The notes beneath the pieces were generated by a model that was not told the origin of the DNA, made no database searches, and saw nothing but the letters and a program-made list of their open reading frames with translations. From a virus, in IMG/VR virus record IMGVR_UViG_3300019487_000018, positions 69,459-133,458 of that record: DNA of 64,000 nt, one strand, 5' to 3'. Of the stretch, positions 8,710-18,154 are shown one piece after another (the first letter of the stretch is position 1; each line of letters begins with the position of its first letter). A program made the position numbers and the translations under genes.

Positions 8710-10488
8710 ATGCAGCTAAAAAGCCTACTGAGCGAATCGCGTTTGGACTACATCGCGAAAAAGCAGGGCGGCGCTTTAATAAAGGCTTACAGCCAAGATA
8801 AAGGTCCCAGCAAACCGAAGAACCTTCGAAAGCCGGAATCGGTTTTGAATGCCTTGGCGAACGCTGACCCATCACCGAATCACCGGTACCTTCAATGGCT
8901 TGCTAATCGCTATATCCACAACGATTTCTCTCTCGAAGACCTTGATCGTGTCAATGCCGACCTAAACGATTTCCTTCGTGTGCGAAATCGTTTGTCGGTT
9001 CGCGACATCAATGCATATTCAGTTGATGAGTTGTACAAAGTGATGGAACCATTGCTCTCTGTTGGACAACAGGCAAGCATGAAGCGAAAGCAACCATGGA
9101 AAGCTTCGGAAGGAGAGCAAAAGATGTTTGACGCAGGGCACGCTCGCCTGCTCTATCACGACGATCAGATTCGCGTTTTTGTACCAGACACGTTTGAAGC
9201 ATCGTGCCACTTTGGTACCGGAACAAAATGGTGTACAACGTGGACGGATTCGCCCAACCACTTTACACGTTACAAAAATCAAGGGCCGTTGTACATTGTA
9301 GACACCCCCGATGGAAAGTTTCAGTTCCACTTCGAGACGAACAGCTTCAACAATGACAAGGACCGTCCTGCCGAACTAGGCGCTCTTGTTGATCGTTATC
9401 CGCAACTGGAACGAGTATTCAAACAATTAGCCGACCAACATGGCATTCTTGGATTGCTTAAAAATCCAACTCATGAAGCTATGGTCAATTCGGTCACCCG
9501 TCGTCCAGACAGCATTCGACAGCTCCGGATCACGCACCTTACGCCTGAGATTGTTCAGAAAACGATGGATAATGTTGACAGTTATCACGTCGACGATGTG
9601 TTCAGTTTCATCATGAAGTTTCGTCCGGATCTTGTAACAAAACATATCAAACATCTTGCGATCAAAGCCAAACCGTCGACAATCAAGTCCATTCCGCCAG
9701 ATGAATTGACAGCCCCGCAAGTGGAAGCTGCTATGAACGGAAAGAATGCTACAGACGTCGTTGAAACGTTTCGTTGGTTGGAGGCAAGCCGTCCTGAACT
9801 TGTTACTGATGATGTTCGTGTGCAAGTATTACAGAAAGACGGCCGAGTAATTGAGACGATTAAAAATCCAACACAAACAATGGTTGAAGCAGCAATGTCT
9901 GACTTGAACACAACAAACGCCATCAAAGCGTTTAAGTGGATTATGGAACATGAGTTAAGCTCGAAGGTGAGTGACGAAGCGTTCGAAAAGATTGTTGGCC
10001 GTTCACGGCATGCGTTGAAGTTCATTCCTGAACACCGTCAAACGGATGAGATCATCAGCAAAGCATTGGAACATGATGTTGGTGCATTCTCGCACGTAAA
10101 ACGAGTAACACCTGAAATCATTGCAAAGGCCGTTTCAGAAGGTGCGTTCATTATCAAAGACAATAAGTATATTAGGGACAAAATCGATACCGCTTTGATG
10201 GTCAGAGCAGCAAAGATGAATCCTGAAGCGATGGCACATGAATTGGGAGGCTCGTACGATGTATACGATGTCGTTCCACCATACGTCGATCTGAACAAGG
10301 TTCTTGCGGCAGCGATGCGTGAGAATGGACTTGCATTGGAACATATCAAACACGAAAAGCAGACGCCTGAGATAATCAAAGCTGCCGTTCGTAGCAATTC
10401 GGAAGCATGGAAGTTTGCGAACAAACATTTGATCGCAAAGGATCCTGTCCTGCGCGACTTGATGAAGGAGTACCAACGTGGAATTTGA
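8710..10488 (+). CDS. Hypothetical protein with GTKWCT domain and C-terminal DUF4116-like repeats
   Basis: ADPS..YLQW, ASCHFGTGTKWCT, GPLYI, KFQFHF, then repeats such as LKFIPEHRQTDEIISKAL and GLALEHIKHEKQTPEIIKAAV. Confidence 0.7.
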   Translation: MQLKSLLSESRLDYIAKKQGGALIKAYSQDKGPSKPKNLRKPESVLNALANADPSPNHRYLQWLANRYIHNDFSLEDLDRVNADLNDFLRVRNRLSVRDINAYSVDELYKVMEPLLSVGQQASMKRKQPWKASEGEQKMFDAGHARLLYHDDQIRVFVPDTFEASCHFGTGTKWCTTWTDSPNHFTRYKNQGPLYIVDTPDGKFQFHFETNSFNNDKDRPAELGALVDRYPQLERVFKQLADQHGILGLLKNPTHEAMVNSVTRRPDSIRQLRITHLTPEIVQKTMDNVDSYHVDDVFSFIMKFRPDLVTKHIKHLAIKAKPSTIKSIPPDELTAPQVEAAMNGKNATDVVETFRWLEASRPELVTDDVRVQVLQKDGRVIETIKNPTQTMVEAAMSDLNTTNAIKAFKWIMEHELSSKVSDEAFEKIVGRSRHALKFIPEHRQTDEIISKALEHDVGAFSHVKRVTPEIIAKAVSEGAFIIKDNKYIRDKIDTALMVRAAKMNPEAMAHELGGSYDVYDVVPPYVDLNKVLAAAMRENGLALEHIKHEKQTPEIIKAAVRSNSEAWKFANKHLIAKDPVLRDLMKEYQRGI

Positions 10489-10915
10489 GAAGAAGGAAAA
10501 GACAATCGCCCACCCGATGGAAGAGGTCCTAGGAATTGCGCCTGGTACAACTGTTGTTGAATACACCGACATGCTTCCGGCTGTCCCTGTTACTGCTCCT
10601 GAGTACGATGCAAAGGACGACGAAATCGAAGGTAAGATCGAAGAGATTTACGCCTTTGCAATGGCTAAAGTTGCCGGAATTGCCGACCAGATTGATCTCG
10701 TGGAGGGTAAATACCGTGCCCGCTTGGGAGAAGTAACTGCAAACATGCTGAACATTGCTCTTGGTGCTGTTCGCGAAAAGCGTGAACTCAAACAACACAA
10801 GGACAAAATTTCCGTTCAGGACAAAGAAGCTGGCACACCACGCTCAGTAACAAACAACAACGTAATCCTCACGAGGAATGAGCTGTTGGACATGCTCGCG
10901 AACAAGAACAAATGA
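10478..10915 (+). CDS. Putative terminase small subunit
   Basis: Helical 145-aa protein upstream of TerL with C-terminal VTNNNVILTRNELL tail; assignment relies mostly on synteny. Confidence 0.5.
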   Translation: MEFEKKEKTIAHPMEEVLGIAPGTTVVEYTDMLPAVPVTAPEYDAKDDEIEGKIEEIYAFAMAKVAGIADQIDLVEGKYRARLGEVTANMLNIALGAVREKRELKQHKDKISVQDKEAGTPRSVTNNNVILTRNELLDMLANKNK

Positions 10916-11646
10916 TTCTACTAGAAGTTGTCGAACAGATTGATCAACGTACAAAACAGGAACGCGTTGCAGCTGGTGCGCGAGCGCAGCGACTTGTTCG
11001 CGATGAACTGCGTCATCGTCTCGGTGATGAAATGCGTCGCGTTAAGCTTGCACGCGTTGGAAGTAAACTGTTTGACATTCAAGCTGATATCAAAGGTGTT
11101 CGCCAACGCGTGGAAGTGAAATCGATGACGAAGGGGAAACCCCACTTTGCTTTCTTTGACACATATGTCAGCAAAGGAAGTCATAGTCCTCTACTCGACG
11201 AAATCACACAACGTGTGACACGAGGTAAGTATGAACACTTTTCCGAGTGTGTTGAGCAGGAAACGGATGGCGGATTTCCTTGTGAGAGTCAAGAGCAAGA
11301 GGTACATCGAAGTATCCGCAGCATTTTGAATCCAGGCACAACGTTTTCACCGGCACCAGCGACCCAACTTCCAAAATCTGGCCGTGTTCCAAAAGTGTTG
11401 AAGAATATCACCGATCCTTATACATTGGATTTTATTCGGTCAAAACTATTGGCAGATCTCGCAGCGAAAGACATCAACTATCTTGCACTGCTTAACAGCA
11501 CGACAGGAAAGGTTGATTATTATCACATTGTCGGTGAAAACTATATTGGTGCTCCAAACCTCCCTCAAGTTAAGCGAGCATCGTTCGACACATATGGAGC
11601 ACCCCTTCAATGCTCAATGAGGGTAGTTGTAAGGATTGCCCTGTAA
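10912..11646 (+). CDS. Hypothetical protein, possible PD-(D/E)xK nuclease
   Basis: FDIQADIKGVRQRVEVKS resembles D-x(n)-E-x-K; ATGA-coupled to upstream gene. Confidence 0.55.
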   Translation: MILLEVVEQIDQRTKQERVAAGARAQRLVRDELRHRLGDEMRRVKLARVGSKLFDIQADIKGVRQRVEVKSMTKGKPHFAFFDTYVSKGSHSPLLDEITQRVTRGKYEHFSECVEQETDGGFPCESQEQEVHRSIRSILNPGTTFSPAPATQLPKSGRVPKVLKNITDPYTLDFIRSKLLADLAAKDINYLALLNSTTGKVDYYHIVGENYIGAPNLPQVKRASFDTYGAPLQCSMRVVVRIAL

Positions 11647-11665
11647 AAAACGTTCTATATAAGGC

Positions 11666-13261
11666 ATGAGCCGCAAGAACGAATACATCAAGCGCAGTAA
11701 CGCTACAACCGTAGAAGAGTTTACTGCAGATCAAGTTGTCGAATATACGAAGTGCATGGATGACCCTGTGTACTTCATCCTGAATTACTGTCGTCTGCAA
11801 CATCCTGTGAAAGGCGACATCGCATTTGCAATGTACCCGTATCAGAAACGTGTTGTTACAACGTTTTTCCATAACCGCCTTGTAATCGTCCTAGCAGCTC
11901 GTCAAACAGGCAAGTCATGGACTGTAGGTGCATACATGTTGTGGTATGCGATGTTCAAGAAAGACAAGACATGTATCATTGCGTCGAACAAAGAAGAAAA
12001 CGCAATGGAAATGATCCACCGTATCCGGTTCATGTACGAGCGTATTCCAAACTGGTTGAAAGCAGGCGTGACCGACGACGGTTACAACAAGCACCGATTC
12101 TCGTTTGATAATGGATCTCGTATTCTTGCAGAGACGACAAGTGAAAACACAGGCCGTGGTAAAGGTGCTTCGTTGCTGTTTTTGGACGAATTTGCGCACG
12201 TTCGCGAAAACATTCAGGAAGAGTTTTGGACATCTACGGCACCAACATTCTCGACGGGTGGTGATTGTATTATCTGTTCAACGCCAAACGGTGACACAAA
12301 CCGTTTCGCGCAGCTGTGGCGTGCGGCGGAATTGTACCAATCTGAAATCGTTCACGTTCAAGACGAACCGAAAGCCGAAAACGACATCTCTGGTGCGGAT
12401 TTCATCCCGATTGAAGTAAAATGGAATGAAGCGCCCGGTCGCGATGAACGATTCAAGCAGAGCGAAATTCGTAAGATCGGTGAAGTAAAATGGCGACAAG
12501 AATACGAGTGTCAGTTTCTGTCGTCAGATCCTGTTCTTATTGATCCAGTCGTTGTTGCTCGTCTTTGGAAGGAAACGGAAAAGACGAAACCTGTTGCGGT
12601 GATTCAGGACATCGTATTCTTTGAGCTGCCAAAACCTAACGCCGTGTATCTTGTTGGTGTTGATCCTGCGACAGGGTCTGGACGTGACTACACAGCGTTC
12701 AATGTCTTCTCCCATCCAAGCATGGTACAGGTTGCTGAGTATCGCTCGAATACCATGTCAAGTGTGACAGCGTACCAATCTTTGAAACAATTGCTCCGCG
12801 TGTACGAAAAAGCTCAATCGACTGTGTTCTTCTCGATCGAAAATAATGGTGTGGGTGAAGCAATGATTTCATTGTACGAAGCGGATGAAGCACCACCGGA
12901 TACAGCCGAATTCATCAGCGAGACCGGACAAAAACGTCGTGGAATGACGACCACCGGCAAAGCAAAAATCAAAGCGTGTTTGGCACTAAAGGAAATGGTT
13001 GAACGAAACACAATCAAGCTTCACTCACCAACCCTTATTGCAGAGATGAAGAACTTCGTTAGGAAGGCGGGCTCGTACAGTGCAAAATCAAGTTCGACAG
13101 ATGATTTGATTTCTGGCTGCCTTATTGCTCTTCGTGTTCTACAAGAGATCTCGTCATTTGACCAAGACGCTTACGAAAAGCTGTACAATCCAGCGTACTA
13201 TGAAATTGGTCCAGCAGAAGAATACGACGAGTCGTACGAACCAGACCCTGTTGTCATTTAA
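11666..13261 (+). CDS. terL: Terminase large subunit (T4 gp17-like)
   Basis: Walker A ARQTGKS, Walker [15 protein letters not shown], nuclease [21 protein letters not shown]. Confidence 0.95.
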   Translation: MSRKNEYIKRSNATTVEEFTADQVVEYTKCMDDPVYFILNYCRLQHPVKGDIAFAMYPYQKRVVTTFFHNRLVIVLAARQTGKSWTVGAYMLWYAMFKKDKTCIIASNKEENAMEMIHRIRFMYERIPNWLKAGVTDDGYNKHRFSFDNGSRILAETTSENTGRGKGASLLFLDEFAHVRENIQEEFWTSTAPTFSTGGDCIICSTPNGDTNRFAQLWRAAELYQSEIVHVQDEPKAENDISGADFIPIEVKWNEAPGRDERFKQSEIRKIGEVKWRQEYECQFLSSDPVLIDPVVVARLWKETEKTKPVAVIQDIVFFELPKPNAVYLVGVDPATGSGRDYTAFNVFSHPSMVQVAEYRSNTMSSVTAYQSLKQLLRVYEKAQSTVFFSIENNGVGEAMISLYEADEAPPDTAEFISETGQKRRGMTTTGKAKIKACLALKEMVERNTIKLHSPTLIAEMKNFVRKAGSYSAKSSSTDDLISGCLIALRVLQEISSFDQDAYEKLYNPAYYEIGPAEEYDESYEPDPVVI

Positions 13262-13304
13262 CCCTGTTTCATATTAGAATCCGGTAAATACTGGATTCTG
13301 AACA

Positions 13305-13338
13305 TGAACGCACCAACTCTTTTCATGCCAATTGCACC
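13305..13338 (+). pseudogene. 5' remnant of resident AAA_33/P-loop kinase gene
   Basis: ATG 13305 reads MNAPTLFMPIAP, matching AQPTLFVPISP at the start of the kinase at 14350; follows a TAAATA at 13285. Confidence 0.5.
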
Positions 13339-13747
13339 TTATCATCAGACCCACTTTTGATTGACACTCTTGCGTTAGAGAGCCTTACAACAGAACTTAG
13401 AGACATTACTCACATTGGTACGTTTGATGAATTTAAGTTTTATAAACAACCAACAACTGGCTCCACACTTTTAGTTGGCGTTGATCCAGCAACGGGCAAT
13501 GGAGAGGACTATACAGCAATTGAAGTGTATGAGTTTCCTTCGTTAGAACAAGTGGCAGAATTTCGTTCAAACACAACATCGTCTGTGACAGCATATCAGA
13601 AACTGAAAAAGCTTCTAAAAGTTTTAGAGAAAGCTTTCGTTTGACCAGGATGCATACGACAAGTTATTTGTTCATGCTTATAATGATGTGGATGTTAGCG
13701 AGGAGTATGATGAGAACGACGTTCCTCTACCGATTTCGTTTAGTTGA
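13339..13747 (+). pseudogene. Diverged, internally deleted second copy of the terL 3' end
   Basis: [45 protein letters not shown], then in another frame SFDQDAYDKLF..EEYDE; both match the intact TerL C-terminal half. Confidence 0.85.
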
Positions 13748-13832
13748 CCTTACTCTTAATAGAATAATGCGGTTGTTTTCCCCACATAAATACATATTCA
13801 GGGAAAAGTAAATAAGCTATAAGGAACAATAT

Positions 13833-14372
13833 ATGGCATACACGGAAAAACAACGTGAATACAACCGTAGATGGCGGCAAAAGGATCCCAAACGCTGGCA
13901 ACGGCACCTTGCGCAAGTGAAACAATGGCGTAAGGAAAACAGAGCGAAATGGCTTGAAACACACCGAGCAACGAGGTCCCGTCCCGAATACAAGGAGCGA
14001 GAGAAAAAACGAGCAATAGAAGCCCGTCGCAACAACCCTCTTAAATATGTTGCACAAGGTCTTCAACAGAGAGCAAGAAAGCTGGGCCTTGAGTGTAACG
14101 TTAACACGCAATATCTCAAATCTATATGGACTGACCAATGTCCAATTCTCAACGTGCCGTTGTTTGCTGGTGTAAAAAGAGGGACAATACCAGAACTGAA
14201 CCTTGCAAGTGTTGATCGTCTTGACAACACAAAAGGATATATAAAGGGCAACGTTCACTTTATTTCTTACAGAGTGAACAATATAAAATCTGATGCGTCG
14301 TTTGAAGAAATTGAACGGCTGTACAACTGGTGGAAAGCAAACAAAGCGAATGAAAGTCAACCAACTACTTGA
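13833..14372 (+). CDS. Putative HNH-family homing endonuclease
   Basis: Basic N-terminus, then CPILNVPL..ASVDRLDNTKGYIKGNVHFISYRVNNIK. Confidence 0.8.
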   Translation: MAYTEKQREYNRRWRQKDPKRWQRHLAQVKQWRKENRAKWLETHRATRSRPEYKEREKKRAIEARRNNPLKYVAQGLQQRARKLGLECNVNTQYLKSIWTDQCPILNVPLFAGVKRGTIPELNLASVDRLDNTKGYIKGNVHFISYRVNNIKSDASFEEIERLYNWWKANKANESQPTT

Positions 14373-14847
14373 GAACGCTCAACCAACTTTATTTGTTCCA
14401 ATTAGTCCGTCAGGCGGAGGCAAATCTACTCTCTATCAAAAACTAAAAACACAAAATCCCGATCTTCTCGTTTTTTCGCTGGATATACTGCGTCATGAAT
14501 TTTACGACCCTAGTGATTACGCCGCCGCTTGGAGGGCATCAAATGAAGATCCACAGTTCAAACAAAGAGCAAATGATCGTTTCCTTGAATTAATTAAAAC
14601 GGGAAAAGATATCTATGTGGATAATACATCTTTGACACCTAAACGCCGCCGATTTTACCTTAATGCAGCTCGTCAACACGGTTACAAAACTATAGCCTAT
14701 GTCTTTGATGTTGACCTGCCAACATTAATTGCCAGACAAAAAACCAGATCAGATAAAAGTGTGCCTGAAGAAGCCGTTCGCCAACAGTATAAGTCGTTAG
14801 TTGGTCCACAAGCGGGCGAATTTGATCAGGTTGTTAATGTAAAATAA
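14350..14847 (+). CDS. AAA_33/polynucleotide-kinase-like P-loop kinase
   Basis: SPSGGGKST Walker A, FSLDILR, IYVDNTSL, RQKTR; likely start ATG 14350 (MKVNQLLEN). Confidence 0.85.
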   Translation: MKVNQLLENAQPTLFVPISPSGGGKSTLYQKLKTQNPDLLVFSLDILRHEFYDPSDYAAAWRASNEDPQFKQRANDRFLELIKTGKDIYVDNTSLTPKRRRFYLNAARQHGYKTIAYVFDVDLPTLIARQKTRSDKSVPEEAVRQQYKSLVGPQAGEFDQVVNVK

Positions 14848-15164
14848 TGAATACTTACTTAATTTACAAACACACGTCTCCCTCTGGAAAAAGTTATATA
14901 GGACAAACGGGGGCGTTCAAAAGGAGAACACAGGAACATTTATCGTCAAAGTCTTGTTGCCGAGCCTTTCTGAAAGCTATACAAAAATATGGCTGGGAGT
15001 CCTTTACGCATGAAATTTTAGCGCAAGAGCTGACATTAGATGAAGCCAACCGGTTGGAGAAAAAGTATATCGTTGAACACAACACCCTTGTCCCAAACGG
15101 ATATAACCTGACGTCTGGTGGAAGCAATTATCAATTATGCTCGTGCTTGGAAGATGTCGACTGA
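14847..15164 (+). CDS. GIY-YIG homing endonuclease, 3'-truncated
   Basis: YLIYKHTSPSGKSYIGQT..R..EH..AIQKYG..E..GYNLTSGG; the sequence after GG runs into kinase-derived DNA. Confidence 0.8.
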   Translation: MNTYLIYKHTSPSGKSYIGQTGAFKRRTQEHLSSKSCCRAFLKAIQKYGWESFTHEILAQELTLDEANRLEKKYIVEHNTLVPNGYNLTSGGSNYQLCSCLEDVD

Positions 15165-15465
15165 AGACTCGCAGTTTGGCAAGAAGGCGAACGATGAGTA
15201 TTTGCGCTTGTTAGATGAAGGTATCGATCTGTACGTTGACAACATGAACCTTTCACCAAAGAAACGGAAGTGGTTCTTGGAACAAGCAAAGAAGCGTGGT
15301 TACAAAACGGTGGCGGTAGTGTTTCCGAACGTAACACTGGATGTGCTGTTGGCTCGCCAAAAGACGCGAGGCGACAAGAATGTACCAGAAGCTGCTGTTC
15401 GTCAGCAGTGGATGGCTTTGAAAGGACCTGAACGCGGTGAATTCGACACAATCATTAGCGCTTAA
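15133..15465 (+). pseudogene. 3' half of a second AAA_33 kinase (resident copy)
   Basis: YARAW..ANDEYL..LYVDNMNLSPKKR..RQKTRGDKNVPEAAVRQQ aligns with the 3' half of 14350..14847; no Walker A. Confidence 0.8.
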
Positions 15466-16015
15466 GCTGATCCGAGGTTGCCGTATTCTCGATCAGCTTA
15501 AGCTACTAGCTGAAGACAGCACATATCCGGAGTTGTACACCGATATCCAGCGCGGATTTCCGAACACACAACGACGTCAGCATGCGACAAATGAAGTGTC
15601 GATTCGGCAGCTGTCATATCTGCCGTATATTGGAATGAAAATGCTGCAGATTCGTGCTCAATGTCGTAGCAATCAACATGACTATCAACCGATTCTTCAA
15701 TTGTTGAACGTCACGTTCGAAAACGCTGACTCTCCAGAGAACGTCACATTCAACGCACAGGGCACAGATTATCACATGCAGCCTGTTGACCTTGATCAAA
15801 GTCGGGTGAAAGTTCGCTGCAACTGTCTTGACTTCTACTACCGATTTGCAATGACGAATTTTAACGACAACAGTCTTGTTGGTCGTTCACCACCAGTGTA
15901 CCGTCGGGTGCCAGGATCGAACCGACCACCAGCAAATCCGATGAACGTTCCTGGGCTTTGCCGCCATTTAATCAAGGTTGTTCAGCGGTTGCAACAGTTA
16001 GGATTCGTTCGATAG
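15437..16015 (+). CDS. SWIM-like zinc-finger protein
   Basis: KVRCNCLDFYYRF ... PGLCRHLIKV (CxC..CxH); start uncertain. Confidence 0.7.
   Translation: MNSTQSLALKLIRGCRILDQLKLLAEDSTYPELYTDIQRGFPNTQRRQHATNEVSIRQLSYLPYIGMKMLQIRAQCRSNQHDYQPILQLLNVTFENADSPENVTFNAQGTDYHMQPVDLDQSRVKVRCNCLDFYYRFAMTNFNDNSLVGRSPPVYRRVPGSNRPPANPMNVPGLCRHLIKVVQRLQQLGFVR
15460..15503. repeat. 13-bp perfect inverted repeat
   Basis: GCTTAAGCTGATC (15460-15472) and GATCAGCTTAAGC (15491-15503) with an 18-nt spacer. Confidence 0.85.
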
Positions 16016-16064
16016 GTCTCTCTGTTCTTCTGGATTCTATATAACAAAAACCAGGAGATAACAG

Positions 16065-17036
16065 ATGGATACCCGAACTATACAACACATTCTTCGTTGG
16101 GAATGGTTACCAGTCGTTGGTGATAATTTCCGTAAAGCTCGTATCGAAAGAGAAGAAGCTGCTGAATATCAAAAGATGTTTGAGGCACAGCTTCATTGGT
16201 TGAAGGCAATGGCCGGAGCTCCACACGATCTAGCAAAGAAAAAGCTCCATCACGATGCATATTGGCGCAAGCGCTGGGAAAAACGAAGCAACGAACCAAT
16301 TTCACTCGCCCCAGTCTTTCCATTCTTTGGAACACCTGGAGACGTGTCTACGACGGCGCGTCCAATCGAAGAAATTATCGAAGCAATTCCTGACAAACGT
16401 ATCCCGAAATTTGACGAAGACACCACACTTGCTGAACTTTTGTATCCGACAAAAAGAGTTCTGCCAAGTATTTCTCAAGAAGAAGCGGTAGCTCGAATCA
16501 CAAGACTGGCAGGTCAGTGGTACGATCGGATTGATAGAATTGGTTTGAAACACAACTGGAGTATTGAACATCTTGAAGGAATCGAGCTTGAAGATGTCTT
16601 TCTTCACCTTCTCGGAAATCTAGGCAATGTGCAAGCATCTGGTTATGCTGACGATCCTGACATCCAGCTTGTGTTTTTCGTTCATTCGCCTCGTTTTATT
16701 CCTGCATGCATCGAGAAAGATTGCGACAGTTCGAACAGCATCATCATTCCGTTCAGCCCAAATTGTACATGGCAAGGTCGTGGCTTGCTGAATTTTGACA
16801 CAAGCATGAGAATCGCTCGTTGGTTTGATTGTGAATTGAAACCAGTCGCTGATGAGTGGCGAGCAACGTTTATGCTTGATCGGACATGTTCATGGCAATC
16901 GAAGAATCCATCTGAAGCAATCCTGAAAGCACTTTTACAGGCTAGGATCCTTGAGATTCAGACAGGGCTTTCCGCACAGCTGCCGCCTTTTCCTCCAAAC
17001 GACGCTTCGTCGGAAGATCTGGTTCTAGTCCAGTAA
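16065..17036 (+). CDS. Hypothetical protein
   Basis: 323-aa ORF with AGGAGA RBS; no recognised motif; 3' end overlaps a convergent gene. Confidence 0.7.
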   Translation: MDTRTIQHILRWEWLPVVGDNFRKARIEREEAAEYQKMFEAQLHWLKAMAGAPHDLAKKKLHHDAYWRKRWEKRSNEPISLAPVFPFFGTPGDVSTTARPIEEIIEAIPDKRIPKFDEDTTLAELLYPTKRVLPSISQEEAVARITRLAGQWYDRIDRIGLKHNWSIEHLEGIELEDVFLHLLGNLGNVQASGYADDPDIQLVFFVHSPRFIPACIEKDCDSSNSIIIPFSPNCTWQGRGLLNFDTSMRIARWFDCELKPVADEWRATFMLDRTCSWQSKNPSEAILKALLQARILEIQTGLSAQLPPFPPNDASSEDLVLVQ

Positions 17037-17742
17037 TAACCGGCTTGCCTTCTGTGGTACGTTGAAACAAGAAACCAGGCTTCTCTGGTTTCTTTTGTTT
17101 GCCAAATGTTTCTCGAACAACATCATCGAGCTTTTCCTCATCTGTGTCTTCATCTTCAGGCATATCACGGTGATCGCTTTTCATGCGCTCATCACCTTCA
17201 ACATCATGATCGGGTGGAAACTCAGGACGTGTGAACTGGTTTGTTGGAGCAGGTTGCTGGTCAATTTGCACACCACCTCCACCAGTTGTTTCCTCTACAT
17301 TCTTTTCGTCTTTCTTTTGTTCGATTGGACCCTCTTTTTCCTTCGTTTCAACCGGTTCTGATTTGTCCTTGTTGGGCTGCTCAATCTTGGCAGTTACTTG
17401 TGGTTTGGACGCTTTTTGAAGCGTTACTTCAGGATCCTTCAACACAATCAGATTACCTGTTGCTGGTTCGAAGTAGTATCCGTCGATAACCACCTCGATT
17501 CGAAAAGCGTGAGCATTTGAACTTTGGCTTAAGAACGACAACGGAGCAAGTTTAACGTACCATTTTGTTGAGCTATCAGCACGTCGTTCGCACTTGAATG
17601 ACAAATCGCCCTTGTGAACGTCTGTAATCACAAAACGAACCTGCGCAGCATTCTCTGGTTCTTCTACAGAGATCCCTTGAATGTTGACTTCAAACTCGAG
17701 TTCTGTCTCACGAGCACTGTTTACACGGATATTCGCGTCCAC
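16942..17742 (-). CDS. Hypothetical protein (likely virion-associated; acidic low-complexity C-terminus)
   Basis: 266-aa ORF, GAGG RBS, TAAATA on the minus strand at 17763-17768. Confidence 0.75.
   Translation of the reverse strand: MDANIRVNSARETELEFEVNIQGISVEEPENAAQVRFVITDVHKGDLSFKCERRADSSTKWYVKLAPLSFLSQSSNAHAFRIEVVIDGYYFEPATGNLIVLKDPEVTLQKASKPQVTAKIEQPNKDKSEPVETKEKEGPIEQKKDEKNVEETTGGGGVQIDQQPAPTNQFTRPEFPPDHDVEGDERMKSDHRDMPEDEDTDEEKLDDVVRETFGKQKKPEKPGFLFQRTTEGKPVITGLEPDLPTKRRLEEKAAAVRKALSESQGS
17069..17100 (+). terminator. Possible terminator for 16065..17036, lying inside the opposite-strand CDS
   Basis: AAGAAACCAG-GCTTCT-CTGGTTTCTT 10-bp stem followed by TTGTTT. Confidence 0.45.
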
Positions 17743-17761
17743 TGATGTTTCCTCTAATCAC

Positions 17762-18154
17762 TTATTTATCAACAAACCATGCCGTAACTGTGCGAACCGC
17801 TTGTTTCAAACCATGCACAGCGATTGATGTTTTGTCCTTGATTGTATTGATGAAACCAATGATCTCAATCAAAATTGCAGCTTTCTTCCGGTCAACAACG
17901 TACATTTTCTTCCATTGGTGCTCTCTTGTTGTCACAGTGATCATCACCATCCTAGTGTTTGTGTCGATCTTTTGACCAATAGGAGTGAAGTATGCAGGGA
18001 TGTGAAATGGGCCACCACCCTTGGCCTCTTCTACAACGACGACGATTTGACAACCGCAGATCAGACCGAAGTTGGCCGTCAACAACGCACAGCAAGCAGG
18101 AAAACATAGTCCCTTGGTGATGATCGCACTATACGTGTGAGTAGGTATCGTCAT
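17762..18154 (-). CDS. Small Cys-rich putative virion protein
   Basis: 130 aa, IITKGLCFPACC..CGC; coupled to the upstream minus-strand gene. Confidence 0.65.
   Translation of the reverse strand: MTIPTHTYSAIITKGLCFPACCALLTANFGLICGCQIVVVVEEAKGGGPFHIPAYFTPIGQKIDTNTRMVMITVTTREHQWKKMYVVDRKKAAILIEIIGFINTIKDKTSIAVHGLKQAVRTVTAWFVDK

Noticed and set aside
13357-13644. Independent 95-aa functional gene as given by the ORF track
   Set aside because: It is part of a deleted terL duplicate with homology extending upstream of the TTG and into another frame downstream.
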